Translations under genes and position numbers: made by a program
Assembly (NCBI GenBank): GCA_035485275.1
Contig: DATHOE010000037.1
Location: 8,701-72,700, forward strand
Origin: a bacterium
GTDB lineage: Bacteria > Oederibacteriota > JAJYGY01 > DAIDJD01
Length of the DNA: 64,000 bases
Direction of reading: 5' to 3'
The notes under the pieces: model-generated
What the model saw: the letters and a program-made list of their open reading frames with translations, nothing else
Database searches by the model: none
What the model was told of the DNA's origin: nothing
Shown: positions 1 to 8,850 of the stretch, in pieces
Numbering within the stretch: position 1 is the first letter of the stretch
Layout: every line of letters begins with the position of its first letter

Positions 1-88
1 CCCCAAGCCGACCCAGTTCATGCAGAAGATGTTCGGCTAAGGCCAAGAAGGCCTTTATCAGGGCCGCGTTTGGCCCTATCATGTCCGT

Positions 89-724
89 ATGGAGCCCTTG
101 GCAAACCCATCCAGCGTCGCCCAAGCAGCCGGCCGCGGTCTGAACCCGCGCCGGCTGCTGGTCTTGGCCGCGGCGGCGCTTTTTTCCACATTGTTCCTTT
201 GGCGCAGCGATTTCTTTTGGAACGCGCTGTCGCCCGTGACCAACAAGGCCGTCCTCTACAGGCTTTCCGGCCAGACCAAGGTGGATCCCCTGCTTCTGGC
301 CGCCATCGTGCGGGCCGAGAGCGGCTTCGACCCGGCCGCCCAGTCCTCCCGGGGCGCCCTGGGGCTCATGCAGCTCATGCCCGCCACCGCGCGGCAGATG
401 GCCGGTGAGCTCAAGTTCAACTACCAGGACCAGGACGACCTCTACACCCAGGACATAAACCTGACCCTGGGAGCCTTCTATTTCGCCCGCCAGCTTAAAA
501 CCTTCCACGGCAACCTGGTCCTTGCCCTGGCTGCCTACAACGCCGGCCCGGCCAAGGTGCTGACCTGGGGGCTGTCCACCTGGGGGCGCGACCAGGATGA
601 CCTGATCGCGGCCATCCCCCTGCCGGCGACGCGCTCCTATGTCCGGCACGTGCTTTGGTATTACCGGCAATTCAAGAAGCTTCAGTCCGTGAAGCGTTTC
701 CTCAACGGCGATTCCCAACTGTGA
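89..724 (+). CDS. Lytic transglycosylase (SLT domain) with N-terminal membrane anchor
   Basis: Motif ESGFDPAAQSSRGALGLMQLMPATA matches the SLT catalytic region (E-S...GLMQ...AYNAG). Hydrophobic N-terminus. Confidence 0.85.
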   Translation: MEPLANPSSVAQAAGRGLNPRRLLVLAAAALFSTLFLWRSDFFWNALSPVTNKAVLYRLSGQTKVDPLLLAAIVRAESGFDPAAQSSRGALGLMQLMPATARQMAGELKFNYQDQDDLYTQDINLTLGAFYFARQLKTFHGNLVLALAAYNAGPAKVLTWGLSTWGRDQDDLIAAIPLPATRSYVRHVLWYYRQFKKLQSVKRFLNGDSQL

Positions 725-1632
725 TCCTGTCCGCATTGAGCCTTTGCCTGGCCCTCGGCGCGCCCCTGCAGGCCGGCCCCGTCGTGACCCCCCCTCCCCA
801 GGACAGCCCCGTGGCCGCGTCTTCCGTGTCCGCGTCCGCCGCCCCCCTGTCCGAGTCCGGCGCCGCCGGCGGCGTTTCCGGGTCGGCCAAGGCCCTGTCC
901 CAGGCCCGTTTGGACTATGCCCAAGGACGTCCGGACGCGGCCTTGGCCGAACTGGAGGGCGCGGACGCCCTGCCGAGGGACGCGTCGATCCAGCCGGAAT
1001 GGCTGTATTGGCGCGGCCAGAGCCGCCTCGCGCTGAAGCTCTGGGGACCGGCTGAGGAGGATCTCCGGCAATTGAGGGCCTTGTGGCCCGGCGACCCGTA
1101 TGCGGAAGCCGCCGAACTCGGGGTGGCGGATTGCGAGGCCGCCCTGAGGGAGGATGACGCCGCCGGCGAGTCCTACAGCGCCGTGGCCCAGGGCAAGGGG
1201 GCCTTTGTGGCCCAGGCCTTGTGGGGCCTTGGGATCCTGCGCCTGCGCCAGGGGCGCCTGGACGAGGCCCGCGGCGCCCTGGTCGCCCTGAGGACCGACT
1301 ATCCGGAGAGCTTTGAGGCCCAGTCCGTGGGCGGACAGCTGGATAAAATCGCGGCACTCCGGCGCCGCCAGCCCCCCGCCCCGCTTGCGGCGCGCCTGCG
1401 GGGCCGCTGGAGCGTGCAGGTGGGGGCCTATTCCAGGCTGCGCTGGGCCTCGGACTTGGCGCGGCAACTGCGGCGCCACCACTTCAGGGTGAAAGTGCAC
1501 CGGAAAAATCTGGACGGACGCGTCCTCTATCTGGTCCAGGTCGGCCCCTATGGGGCCCGCTCCTCAGCCGCCGCCGCCGCGGAGATCCTGCAGAGCAGGG
1601 AAAAGCTCCCCTACAATCTTGTCGCGGAATAG
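721..1632 (+). CDS. SPOR-domain (peptidoglycan-binding) protein with signal peptide and TPR-like region
   Basis: C-terminal WSVQVGAYSRLRWASDLARQL...YLVQVGPYG resembles a SPOR domain. GTG start at 721 overlaps the upstream TGA (GTGA). Signal peptide VILSALSLCLALGAPLQA. Confidence 0.7.
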   Translation: MILSALSLCLALGAPLQAGPVVTPPPQDSPVAASSVSASAAPLSESGAAGGVSGSAKALSQARLDYAQGRPDAALAELEGADALPRDASIQPEWLYWRGQSRLALKLWGPAEEDLRQLRALWPGDPYAEAAELGVADCEAALREDDAAGESYSAVAQGKGAFVAQALWGLGILRLRQGRLDEARGALVALRTDYPESFEAQSVGGQLDKIAALRRRQPPAPLAARLRGRWSVQVGAYSRLRWASDLARQLRRHHFRVKVHRKNLDGRVLYLVQVGPYGARSSAAAAAEILQSREKLPYNLVAE

Positions 1633-1657
1633 CCATGCCCTTGCGCGCGTACCATTT

Positions 1658-2422
1658 GTGAAGGCCCTCCGCCGCAAGCGCGTCAGCATCGTTGCCAGCC
1701 TGCGTTACGGCCTGCGCCTGACCCTGCGCCACATGCATTCCCTGGTGCCTGGGACGGTGGCCTTCTATCTTCCGGAGCTCTTCGCCCGTTACGGTCTGAC
1801 CGCGCCGGGCGGGGAAGTGGCGTCCACGGTGTTCAAGGTCTTGGTGGGCTGCTGGCTGCTCTGGCACGCCCTGAAGCTGAGCGACCGTGAGACGCGCTCC
1901 AGCCGCTTCCACGAACCCGTGCTTCCGGCCCCCGGCTATCTCGGGCGTTTCCTAGGATCGACCCTTCTGTTCTGGGGCGTGCTGGGCCTGACCCTTTGGC
2001 CCGCCTGGCGCCTGGCCTCGGGCACCTGGGGGGCGGACCCCGGAGCGGCGGCCTGGCTGTATCGCCCCTGGTTGTGGACCGGACCCCAAGCCTTGACCGC
2101 GGCCTGGCTGGCCCTGGCGTCCCTGCCCGCCGGGTTGTGGACGGTCTACGGCTGGTTCCACGGCTATTACGTGGCCGACGAAGGCCAGGGGCCCTGGGAA
2201 TCCATGCGCAGCAGCTTCAAGGCCGTGCGGGGGGCCTTCTGGCCCTGCGTGCTGTTCCTGGGGGTGATCGCGGTGGTGAACGCGCTCGGCCTGGCCCTGT
2301 GGGTGGTGGGCGTGTTCTTCGCGTTCCCGGTGACCCTGATGGCGACGACCTACGTGCATTTGGAATTGAAGCGCCAGACCCCGGAATTGAAAAAAGCGGG
2401 GCCAGGGAAGCCCAAGCGTTAG
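1658..2422 (+). CDS. Hypothetical polytopic membrane protein
   Basis: Several hydrophobic helices (WLLWHAL, LLFWGVLGLTLWPAW, VLFLGVIAVVNALGLALWVVGVFFAF). GTG 1658 is the first in-frame start after the upstream stop; the start is uncertain. Confidence 0.45.
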   Translation: MKALRRKRVSIVASLRYGLRLTLRHMHSLVPGTVAFYLPELFARYGLTAPGGEVASTVFKVLVGCWLLWHALKLSDRETRSSRFHEPVLPAPGYLGRFLGSTLLFWGVLGLTLWPAWRLASGTWGADPGAAAWLYRPWLWTGPQALTAAWLALASLPAGLWTVYGWFHGYYVADEGQGPWESMRSSFKAVRGAFWPCVLFLGVIAVVNALGLALWVVGVFFAFPVTLMATTYVHLELKRQTPELKKAGPGKPKR

Positions 2423-2581
2423 CACAAAAATTTTTTCACTTAATTTTCGTAAGTGTTCGGTGAATCAGTCAGGGGCGGACGGCCCGCGCTTACCGAGGTC
2501 CAGGGCCGCCCCGGGGCCACGGCCCCTGCCATCGAAGCCCAGCTCCGGAAAGCTCCTGGCTGCGTACACCTGTTCCCCCGT

Positions 2582-3232
2582 TCACTTGGCCTTCCTCACG
2601 ACACGGACGTGGGAGACCGTCTTGGACGGGGTGAATTCGCTCACCTCGTAGCGTTCGTCCAAGCCGCCCAACCCTTCAAAGATCCGTTCTCCGTTGCCAA
2701 GCAGTATCGGGGCCAGGACCAGGTGCATCTCATCCACCAGGCCGGCCTTCAAGTACTGGCGCAGGGTCTCGGCGCCCCCTCCGATGCGGACGTCCCTCCC
2801 CTTTGCCGCGGCGAAAGCCTGCTTCAGCGCAGATTCGATGCCGTCGCTGACGAAGCTGAAACTGGTTCCGCCCTCCATGTCGAAGCTCGAATGTTGGTGA
2901 TGGCTGAGCACGAAGACGGGGTGGTGGTAGGGCGGGTTGGGGCCCCACCAGCCTTTCCACTCCTCGTCGGGCCAGGGGCCGCGCTGCGGGCCGAACATAT
3001 TGCGACCCATGATCGTGGCGCCCACATTGTCGTCGGCGCGGACCAGGAAGTCGTTGTCGAGGCCCTCGGCGCCGTCCGCTCGGCCGAGCATCTTGGCGAA
3101 GAATTTCGTGGCGAAGGCCCACTCCATCAGGCGCAGACCGTCCTTGCCGAAGGGGGCCTCCAGGGTCTGGCCCTTGGCCGCGGAATAAGCGTCCAAGGAG
3201 ATGGTAAAGCAGCGGGCGACAAGTTTAGGCAT
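2582..3232 (-). CDS. Dihydrofolate reductase family protein (RibD C-terminal-like reductase domain)
   Basis: 216 aa with the typical YyaP/RibD_C pattern (GRNMFGP..WPDEEWKGWWG...VFVLSH...). Recognised from the translation only. Confidence 0.75.
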   Translation of the reverse strand: MPKLVARCFTISLDAYSAAKGQTLEAPFGKDGLRLMEWAFATKFFAKMLGRADGAEGLDNDFLVRADDNVGATIMGRNMFGPQRGPWPDEEWKGWWGPNPPYHHPVFVLSHHQHSSFDMEGGTSFSFVSDGIESALKQAFAAAKGRDVRIGGGAETLRQYLKAGLVDEMHLVLAPILLGNGERIFEGLGGLDERYEVSEFTPSKTVSHVRVVRKAK

Positions 3233-3308
3233 GCTGGATCCTTGAGCGGGGTTCAGTCACGACGCGCCATCTTCGAACAGCCGGAGACGGCCTGCGGGCT
3301 CACGGCCC

Positions 3309-4598
3309 CTATAGGTCCACCAAAGGCGGGTTCTCCGCCGGATTGTCCCCCCGGTACTTGTGCTGCCCCAGGCGCTGGGCGGAATAGATCCCCGCGTGCC
3401 CCGAGAACAGGTAGCTGGCCACGCAGGCCAGGCCGGCGAAAACGCCCGCCTGGGGGCCGAACAGCTCGAAGGCCATGAAGGTGGAGGCCAGGGGCGTGTT
3501 GGCCGCGCCCGCGAAGACGGCCACAAAGCCCATGCCGGCCATGAGCGGCGCGGGCAGGGCCAATAGGGGCGCCAGGGCGTTGCCCAGGGTGGCGCCTATA
3601 TAGAACAGGGGCGTGACCTCGCCGCCCTTGAAGCCGGCGCCCAGGCTCAGGGTGGTGAACAGGAATTTCCCGAGGAAGTCGAAGGGCCGGACCTGCCCGC
3701 TGAAGGACTGGGCGATAGCCGGGAGGCCCAGTCCGAGGTAGGCGGTGGAGCCGAGGGCGGCGGTGCCCATGAGAACCACGCAGCCTCCCCAAAAGGGCCG
3801 CATGGGGGCGTAGGGGACGAGCCGCTTGGCGAAGGCGGACAAGGCGTGGGTCGTCCTGGCGAAGGCCATGGCCACCAGGCCGAAGGCCGCGCCGGCCGCC
3901 AAGGCCTTTGCCATCCCGTCCAGGCCGAAATCCGGGACCGGCCCGATCTGGTAGACGCTGTGGTGGATGCCCCAGGCCTTGGTCACCAGGTTGGCGCAGA
4001 GGGAGGCCACGAAGCAGGGGAAGATGGCGTTGTAGCGGAGTTTGCCGATGGACAGGACCTCCAGGCCGAAGAGGGCGCCCGACATGGGCACCCCGAAGAT
4101 GGAACCGAAGCCGGCGCTGATGCCGCACATGATGAGGATGCGCCGCTCCTCGGGATCCAGGCGCAGGGGCAGGGCCAGCTGGTCGGCCAGGGTGCCCCCC
4201 ATCTGCACGGCGCTGCCCTCCCGGCCGACCGAGGCGCCGAAGAGGTGGCTGGCCACCGTCCCAAGGAAGATCATCGGGGTCATGCGCCGGGGCAGGCGGG
4301 TCCGGGGGTCGTGGATCTCGTCGATGAGGAGGTTGTTCCCGCGCTCGACGTCGCGCCCGTATTTCAGGTAGAGCCAGCCGACCGCGAAGCCGGCGGGGGG
4401 GAGCCCCAGCAGGATCCAGAGGTGGGATTCGCGCCAGGCGGTGGCCCAGTCCAGGGAGGCGAGCAGGGCGGCCGAAGCGCTGCCGGCGGCCACGGACACG
4501 GCCAAAGCGATCAGCAGCCATTTGAGCAAATAGGCCAGCATGGGGACTGTTTCGGAAAAATGTTTTGTCGGGGTGTTCATGGACTTCCACCTCCTCAT
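3309..4598 (-). CDS. ClC family voltage-gated chloride channel / H+-Cl- antiporter
   Basis: 10-12 TM helices. GREGS (GREGP-like) and GxFxP-like selectivity motifs (ASVGREGSAVQMGG; FGVPMSGALFGLE). Confidence 0.85.
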   Translation of the reverse strand: MRRWKSMNTPTKHFSETVPMLAYLLKWLLIALAVSVAAGSASAALLASLDWATAWRESHLWILLGLPPAGFAVGWLYLKYGRDVERGNNLLIDEIHDPRTRLPRRMTPMIFLGTVASHLFGASVGREGSAVQMGGTLADQLALPLRLDPEERRILIMCGISAGFGSIFGVPMSGALFGLEVLSIGKLRYNAIFPCFVASLCANLVTKAWGIHHSVYQIGPVPDFGLDGMAKALAAGAAFGLVAMAFARTTHALSAFAKRLVPYAPMRPFWGGCVVLMGTAALGSTAYLGLGLPAIAQSFSGQVRPFDFLGKFLFTTLSLGAGFKGGEVTPLFYIGATLGNALAPLLALPAPLMAGMGFVAVFAGAANTPLASTFMAFELFGPQAGVFAGLACVASYLFSGHAGIYSAQRLGQHKYRGDNPAENPPLVDL

Positions 4599-4749
4599 GG
4601 CACAAAGGGTTTCAGGGGGTAGAAGTTATCAGCGTCAAGTCGGACGACCCAAGGCGGTTTCAGGCGAACTTCATCACCTTTGAATTTCGTCCATTTATAC
4701 CTAAACGCAATGCGCTAGGCAAGCCCCTTCGCCGGGACTAGAATCCTCC

Positions 4750-4890
4750 CACTGCTCCCTGGTGCGCGGCTACGGCGACGGAACCGCGAGAATAGGGAAG
4801 CCCGTGAGAAGCGGGCGCGGTGCACGCCACTGTAAGCGAGGGGACCGACCCTTGTGAGCCAGGAGACCTGCCCGGGAGCTGGACCGTCTT
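4750..4890 (+). ncRNA. Cobalamin (AdoCbl) riboswitch aptamer
   Basis: Conserved core GGTGC...AGGGAAGCCCGTGAGAAGCGGGCGCGGTGCACGCCACTGTAAGCGAGG, and B12-box GCCAGGAGACCTGCC at ~4857-4871. Lies directly upstream of cobC. Confidence 0.8.
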
Positions 4891-4930
4891 CCTCCGTGCG
4901 CTGGGGCAGCGGCTCTCCGGGTCTTTTTTC

Positions 4931-4969
4931 GGGACAGGGGACGCTGCCGACAGCGTCCCCCTTTTTTTT
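4931..4969 (+). terminator. Intrinsic terminator of the riboswitch expression platform (second of two tandem hairpin + U-runs)
   Basis: GGGGACGCTGCCGACAGCGTCCCC followed by TTTTTTTT. A first hairpin-like element ending in TCTTTTTTC lies at ~4870-4930. Confidence 0.7.
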
Positions 4970-4977
4970 GCGGACCC

Positions 4978-5718
4978 ATGCGCCTCAGCAACGTTTCGCG
5001 CCCGCCTTTCGAGAAGCACACCCAATGGGCCGATGGCCCCCCCACCAAAATCCTTTTTGTGCGCCACGGCGAGACCGACTGGAACGTCAGGGGCGTCATC
5101 CAGGGCTGGAAAGGCGCGGGCCTGAACAGCCTGGGACTGCGCCAGGCCAGCCTCGCGGCGAAACGGGTCAAAGGCATGGACCTGGACATCAGCGTGGTGC
5201 TTTGCTCGGACCTCAAGCGCGCCCGCCAGACGGCCCAGACCCTGGGCAAGGCCGTGGGCGTCAAGGTCAAGGCGCGCAAAGACCTGCGCGAACGCCGCTT
5301 CGGGACCTGGGAGGGCCTCACCATCGGCCAGGTGCTGGAGCGCTTCAAGCTGGGCAAGGACGCGCGCCAGGACCCTTTCCTGGCCTTTGATCCGCGCGGC
5401 GGCGAGAGCATGACCGTGTTCGCCGGGCGCATGGACCGCTTCCTCAAGGCGGTGCTGAAGGAATACAAGGGCCGCACCGTCGCGGCGGTCACCCACGGCG
5501 GGCCCGTGCGCATCTGCTCCTGCCTGGCCACGGGCATCTCCCCGCAGCGGTATTTCCTGCTGGGACGGCCGGGGAACGTGAGCCTGACCGTGCTGGCCCA
5601 CCAGGGCGGAGTGTGGTGGGTGGAGCTATACAACGACATGGCCCACCTGGAGGGCGCCGGCCCCAAGTCCAAAGGCCCCAAAGCCGCACGCGGGCCCAAG
5701 GCCAAGGGCCGGGGGTGA
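4978..5718 (+). CDS. cobC: Alpha-ribazole-5'-phosphate phosphatase (histidine phosphatase / PGM superfamily)
   Basis: RHGETDWN catalytic motif and histidine-phosphatase fold. First gene after the B12 riboswitch. Sits in an operon with cobU, cobT and cobS. Confidence 0.7.
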   Translation: MRLSNVSRPPFEKHTQWADGPPTKILFVRHGETDWNVRGVIQGWKGAGLNSLGLRQASLAAKRVKGMDLDISVVLCSDLKRARQTAQTLGKAVGVKVKARKDLRERRFGTWEGLTIGQVLERFKLGKDARQDPFLAFDPRGGESMTVFAGRMDRFLKAVLKEYKGRTVAAVTHGGPVRICSCLATGISPQRYFLLGRPGNVSLTVLAHQGGVWWVELYNDMAHLEGAGPKSKGPKAARGPKAKGRG

Positions 5719-6251
5719 ACCTGACCCTGGCCTTCATCGGCGGCATGCGTTCGGGCAAGAGCGCGCTCGCCCAGCGCCGTTTCAGCGAAGAGCTGGCCGG
5801 GCAAGGCCTGCGTTCGCCCGCATACCTGGGGACCCTGCTCGCGGATGCGTCCGAAAAGGACGGGGAGATGGACAGGCGCATAGCGGCGCACCGCGCGGCA
5901 AGGCCCGCGGCTTGGGCCTATGTCGACGTTGGACAGGACCTGCCCGGCGCCGCGAAACGCTGCCTCGAAGCCGGGCACGACGCATGGCTCCTGGACGGGC
6001 TGGGCGCCTGGGCTTCCTTGCGCCTGTCGCAGGCGCAGGCGGCCATGGCCGAATGGGAGGCCTTCATGGCCAGCGCCCGTGAGGTGCCGCTGCTGGTGCT
6101 GGTGCTGGACGAGGTCGGTTTGGGCGGGGTCCCGGGCCATCCCGCGGCGCGGGCCTTCGCCGACCTCAACGGCCTCTTGAACCAGTCCGCCTGCAAAGGG
6201 GCCGCGGAGGTTTGGGGCGCCCAGGCAGGGCTCGCGTGGAGGCTGAAGTGA
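5715..6251 (+). CDS. cobU: Adenosylcobinamide kinase / adenosylcobinamide-phosphate guanylyltransferase
   Basis: P-loop AFIGGMRSGKSALA typical of CobU/CobP. GTG start overlaps the cobC stop (GTGA). Confidence 0.85.
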   Translation: MNLTLAFIGGMRSGKSALAQRRFSEELAGQGLRSPAYLGTLLADASEKDGEMDRRIAAHRAARPAAWAYVDVGQDLPGAAKRCLEAGHDAWLLDGLGAWASLRLSQAQAAMAEWEAFMASAREVPLLVLVLDEVGLGGVPGHPAARAFADLNGLLNQSACKGAAEVWGAQAGLAWRLK

Positions 6252-7351
6252 GGCCTGCGCCTGCCTTCGCGACCCTGCTCCAGCTCCACGGCGCCGACGT
6301 GTACGACTCCAAGGGCGCGGCCTTGGCGGGTCGGGACTTCTCCAGCACCGTGGTCAGCCTGGGCCCCCCGCGGGGATGGAAACGCCGCGCCCGGGAGGCC
6401 ATGGACAGCCTGACGCGCTATCCGCGGCCCCATGGAAGGGGTCTGGACGGTTTTCTCGCGGGAAAACTGGGCCTGGCCCCCTCCTGCGTGCTGGTTTCCA
6501 ACGGGGCCAGCGAGGCGCTGGAATGGTGCGCCCGTTTGGCCGGTGGGCGGCGTGCCCGCCTGCTTGCCCCCTGCTTCGGCGAATACCGGGCCAAGCTGGA
6601 ACGCGCCGGCGCCCGGGTGGACGAGGTCTGGTGGGACCTGTCCAAGGAGCTGGATGTCGACGCCTTGGCCGAGGGATTGGGCGTCGGGGACCAGGTCTGG
6701 GTGGCCAATCCCAGCAATCCCTTCGGCCGCGTGCTTGGGACCCTTGAACTCTCCCGTTTGGAAAGCCGTTGCCGTTCGCGGGGGGTGCTCCTGGTGCTGG
6801 ACGAGGCGCTGATGGCCCAGCGGCTGGACAGCCCGAGTCACGCCGATCCCGGCGCTTTTCCAGGGCAAAAGGACAATCCCTGCCTGGTGGTGGTCCGCTC
6901 CCTGGGCAAGGGCCTGGGCCTTCCCGGCTTGCGTCTGGGCTATCTGGCCGCGGAGCGGGGCTTGGCGGCCCGCCTGAGGCGTTTCCAGGACCCCTGGAGC
7001 GTGAATTCCATGGCCCAGGAGCTGGGGGCCTGGGCTTTTGAGCAGGAGGCCCTCCTCGCTGCCGGCCGCCGTCGCCTGCTCCAGGGCCGGGCCCAGGACC
7101 TCTTCCAACGCCTTTCGGGCTGCCCTGATCTGCAGGCCGCGCCCACCCGCGCCACGGGCTATTTTTGCGTGCGCCTGAAGTCGCCCCGTGCCTCCGGCGT
7201 CGCCGCGCGCCTGGCGGACCTGGGCCTTTTTGTCCGGGATTGCTCCAGTTTCGGCCGCTGGGGCCGCTCCTGGTTGCGCCTGAATCCGCGCAGCGCGCCG
7301 GAGAACCAGGCCCTCGCGCGCGCTCTCCCCAAAGTTTTGGGCCGGGCATGA
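6248..7351 (+). CDS. cobD: L-threonine-O-3-phosphate decarboxylase (class I/II aminotransferase fold)
   Basis: Aminotransferase-fold protein in a cob operon (..VANPSNPFG.., ..SLGKGLGLPGLRLGY..). GTG start overlaps the cobU TGA. Confidence 0.75.
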   Translation: MRPAPAFATLLQLHGADVYDSKGAALAGRDFSSTVVSLGPPRGWKRRAREAMDSLTRYPRPHGRGLDGFLAGKLGLAPSCVLVSNGASEALEWCARLAGGRRARLLAPCFGEYRAKLERAGARVDEVWWDLSKELDVDALAEGLGVGDQVWVANPSNPFGRVLGTLELSRLESRCRSRGVLLVLDEALMAQRLDSPSHADPGAFPGQKDNPCLVVVRSLGKGLGLPGLRLGYLAAERGLAARLRRFQDPWSVNSMAQELGAWAFEQEALLAAGRRRLLQGRAQDLFQRLSGCPDLQAAPTRATGYFCVRLKSPRASGVAARLADLGLFVRDCSSFGRWGRSWLRLNPRSAPENQALARALPKVLGRA

Positions 7352-8850
7352 CGCGCCGGCCCTACCAGGTCCTGGTCCTGGGCACCGGATCCCATGTGGG
7401 CAAGTCCATGGTGGCGGCCGGGCTCTGCCGGGTGCTGTCGGACCGGGGCTGGCGCGTGGCGCCCTTCAAGGCCCAGAATATGGCCCTCAATTCGGCGGTG
7501 GCGGACGACGGCAGCGAGATCGGCAGGGCCCAGTGGCTCCAGGCGATCGCGGCCAGGTCCCGTTCCGAGGCCCGCATGAACCCGGTCCTGCTCAAGCCCA
7601 GCGGTTCGAGGGGCAGCCAGGTGGTGGTCCTGGGGAAGTCCCAGGGCATCCACAGCACCCGCGCCTACTTCCGGCGCTGGCCCAGCGTGGCCAGGCAGGC
7701 CCAGAAGGCCTGGCAGGGTCTGGCCCGGGACTATGAGGCCCTGGTCATGGAGGGGGCCGGTTCCCCGGCCGAGGTGAATCTGAGCCACCGCGACCTGGCC
7801 AACCTTGAGACCGCGCGCTTCAGCGGAGCGCCCTTTATCCTGGTGGCGGACATAGAGCGGGGAGGGGCCTTTGCAGCGGTCGTTGGCACGCTGGGGCTTC
7901 TGCCCGCTTGGTTGCGGAAGCGCTGCCTGGGGGTCGTGTTCAACAAGTTCCGGGGTGACGTCAGCCTGATGGACAGTGGCCTTCTGTGGTTGAAGCGCCG
8001 GGGCATACGGCCCTTGGGGGTGCTGCCCTGGTGCGAAGACTTGGGATTGGAGGACGAAGACAGTCTGGGACTTCCTTCAACTAAAACTTTAGATAAATCA
8101 GAAAAATTATTGTTAATAGATGTCATTAGAAATCGATTCATTTCTAACTTTAACGATTTTTTGCCCCTGCAGGGACTAAAGGGTGTCCAGCTTCGCTGGT
8201 CAGCTCCGGGCCAGGTCCGTAGCCGTCCGGATCTGGTGATCCTGCCGGGCAGCAAAAATAGCCTCGCGGACATGCGGCATTTGAGGATCAGCGGGGAAGC
8301 CAGGCGGCTGGAGCAATGGCGCGGCCAGGGGACCTGGTTTTTGGGGATCTGCGGCGGATTCCAGATGTTGGGACAGTACCTTCAAGATCCCGGGGGCATG
8401 GACGGGGGGCGCAAGGGGGCCTCGGAACAGGGTCTGGGATGGCTGGAGGCCAGCACCTGCATGGCGCCCCACAAGATCCTGGCTCTGCGACGCCTGGTGG
8501 CCCGTACTTCCTTGGGAAGCCTGGACCTGGAAGGCTACGAGATCCACCACGGCCGTACAAGCTTGGGCCAGGGCCTGCGCGTGGAGGCCCAGACGGATAA
8601 AGGGGAGCCCCTTTTGGTGAGCGGGGCCAAGGGCGCGGTTTGGGGCGGCTACCTGCACGGGCTCCTGGACGGCCCGGACTTCCGCAACGCCTTCCTGGCC
8701 CGCCTGGCCCGCAGCCACGGCAAGGTCTTCCGCGGCGCCAGCGGGGAATCCCAAAACGATCGAAGGGAAGCGGGCCTGCGCCGTTGGAGCAGGCACATGG
8801 TCGAACACCTGGACCTGGGCTTTTTGCCGGCCGCGGGCCCGCAGGCATGA
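7348..8850 (+). CDS. cobQ: Cobyric acid synthase
   Basis: N-terminal ATPase domain (VLGTGSHVGKS) plus C-terminal glutamine-amidotransferase domain (..IDVIRNRFISNFNDF.., GICGGFQMLG). ATGA overlap with cobD. Confidence 0.9.
   Translation: MTRRPYQVLVLGTGSHVGKSMVAAGLCRVLSDRGWRVAPFKAQNMALNSAVADDGSEIGRAQWLQAIAARSRSEARMNPVLLKPSGSRGSQVVVLGKSQGIHSTRAYFRRWPSVARQAQKAWQGLARDYEALVMEGAGSPAEVNLSHRDLANLETARFSGAPFILVADIERGGAFAAVVGTLGLLPAWLRKRCLGVVFNKFRGDVSLMDSGLLWLKRRGIRPLGVLPWCEDLGLEDEDSLGLPSTKTLDKSEKLLLIDVIRNRFISNFNDFLPLQGLKGVQLRWSAPGQVRSRPDLVILPGSKNSLADMRHLRISGEARRLEQWRGQGTWFLGICGGFQMLGQYLQDPGGMDGGRKGASEQGLGWLEASTCMAPHKILALRRLVARTSLGSLDLEGYEIHHGRTSLGQGLRVEAQTDKGEPLLVSGAKGAVWGGYLHGLLDGPDFRNAFLARLARSHGKVFRGASGESQNDRREAGLRRWSRHMVEHLDLGFLPAAGPQA

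Noticed and set aside
70-408. 112-aa ORF overlapping the SLT gene in another frame
   Set aside because: Arg/Pro-rich shadow frame. The SLT frame carries the diagnostic catalytic motif.
2440-2560. GC-rich hairpins (GGGGCCACGGCCCC etc.) between convergent genes 1658..2422 and 2582..3232, considered as a structured RNA
   Set aside because: Short stems lying inside the 3' end region of converging genes. Most simply explained as terminator-like structures in high-GC DNA, with no conserved motif recognisable.
2453-3478. 341-aa plus-strand ORF spanning the DHFR-family gene and intergenic DNA
   Set aside because: Low-complexity Arg/Pro/Gly translation opposite a convincing minus-strand gene.
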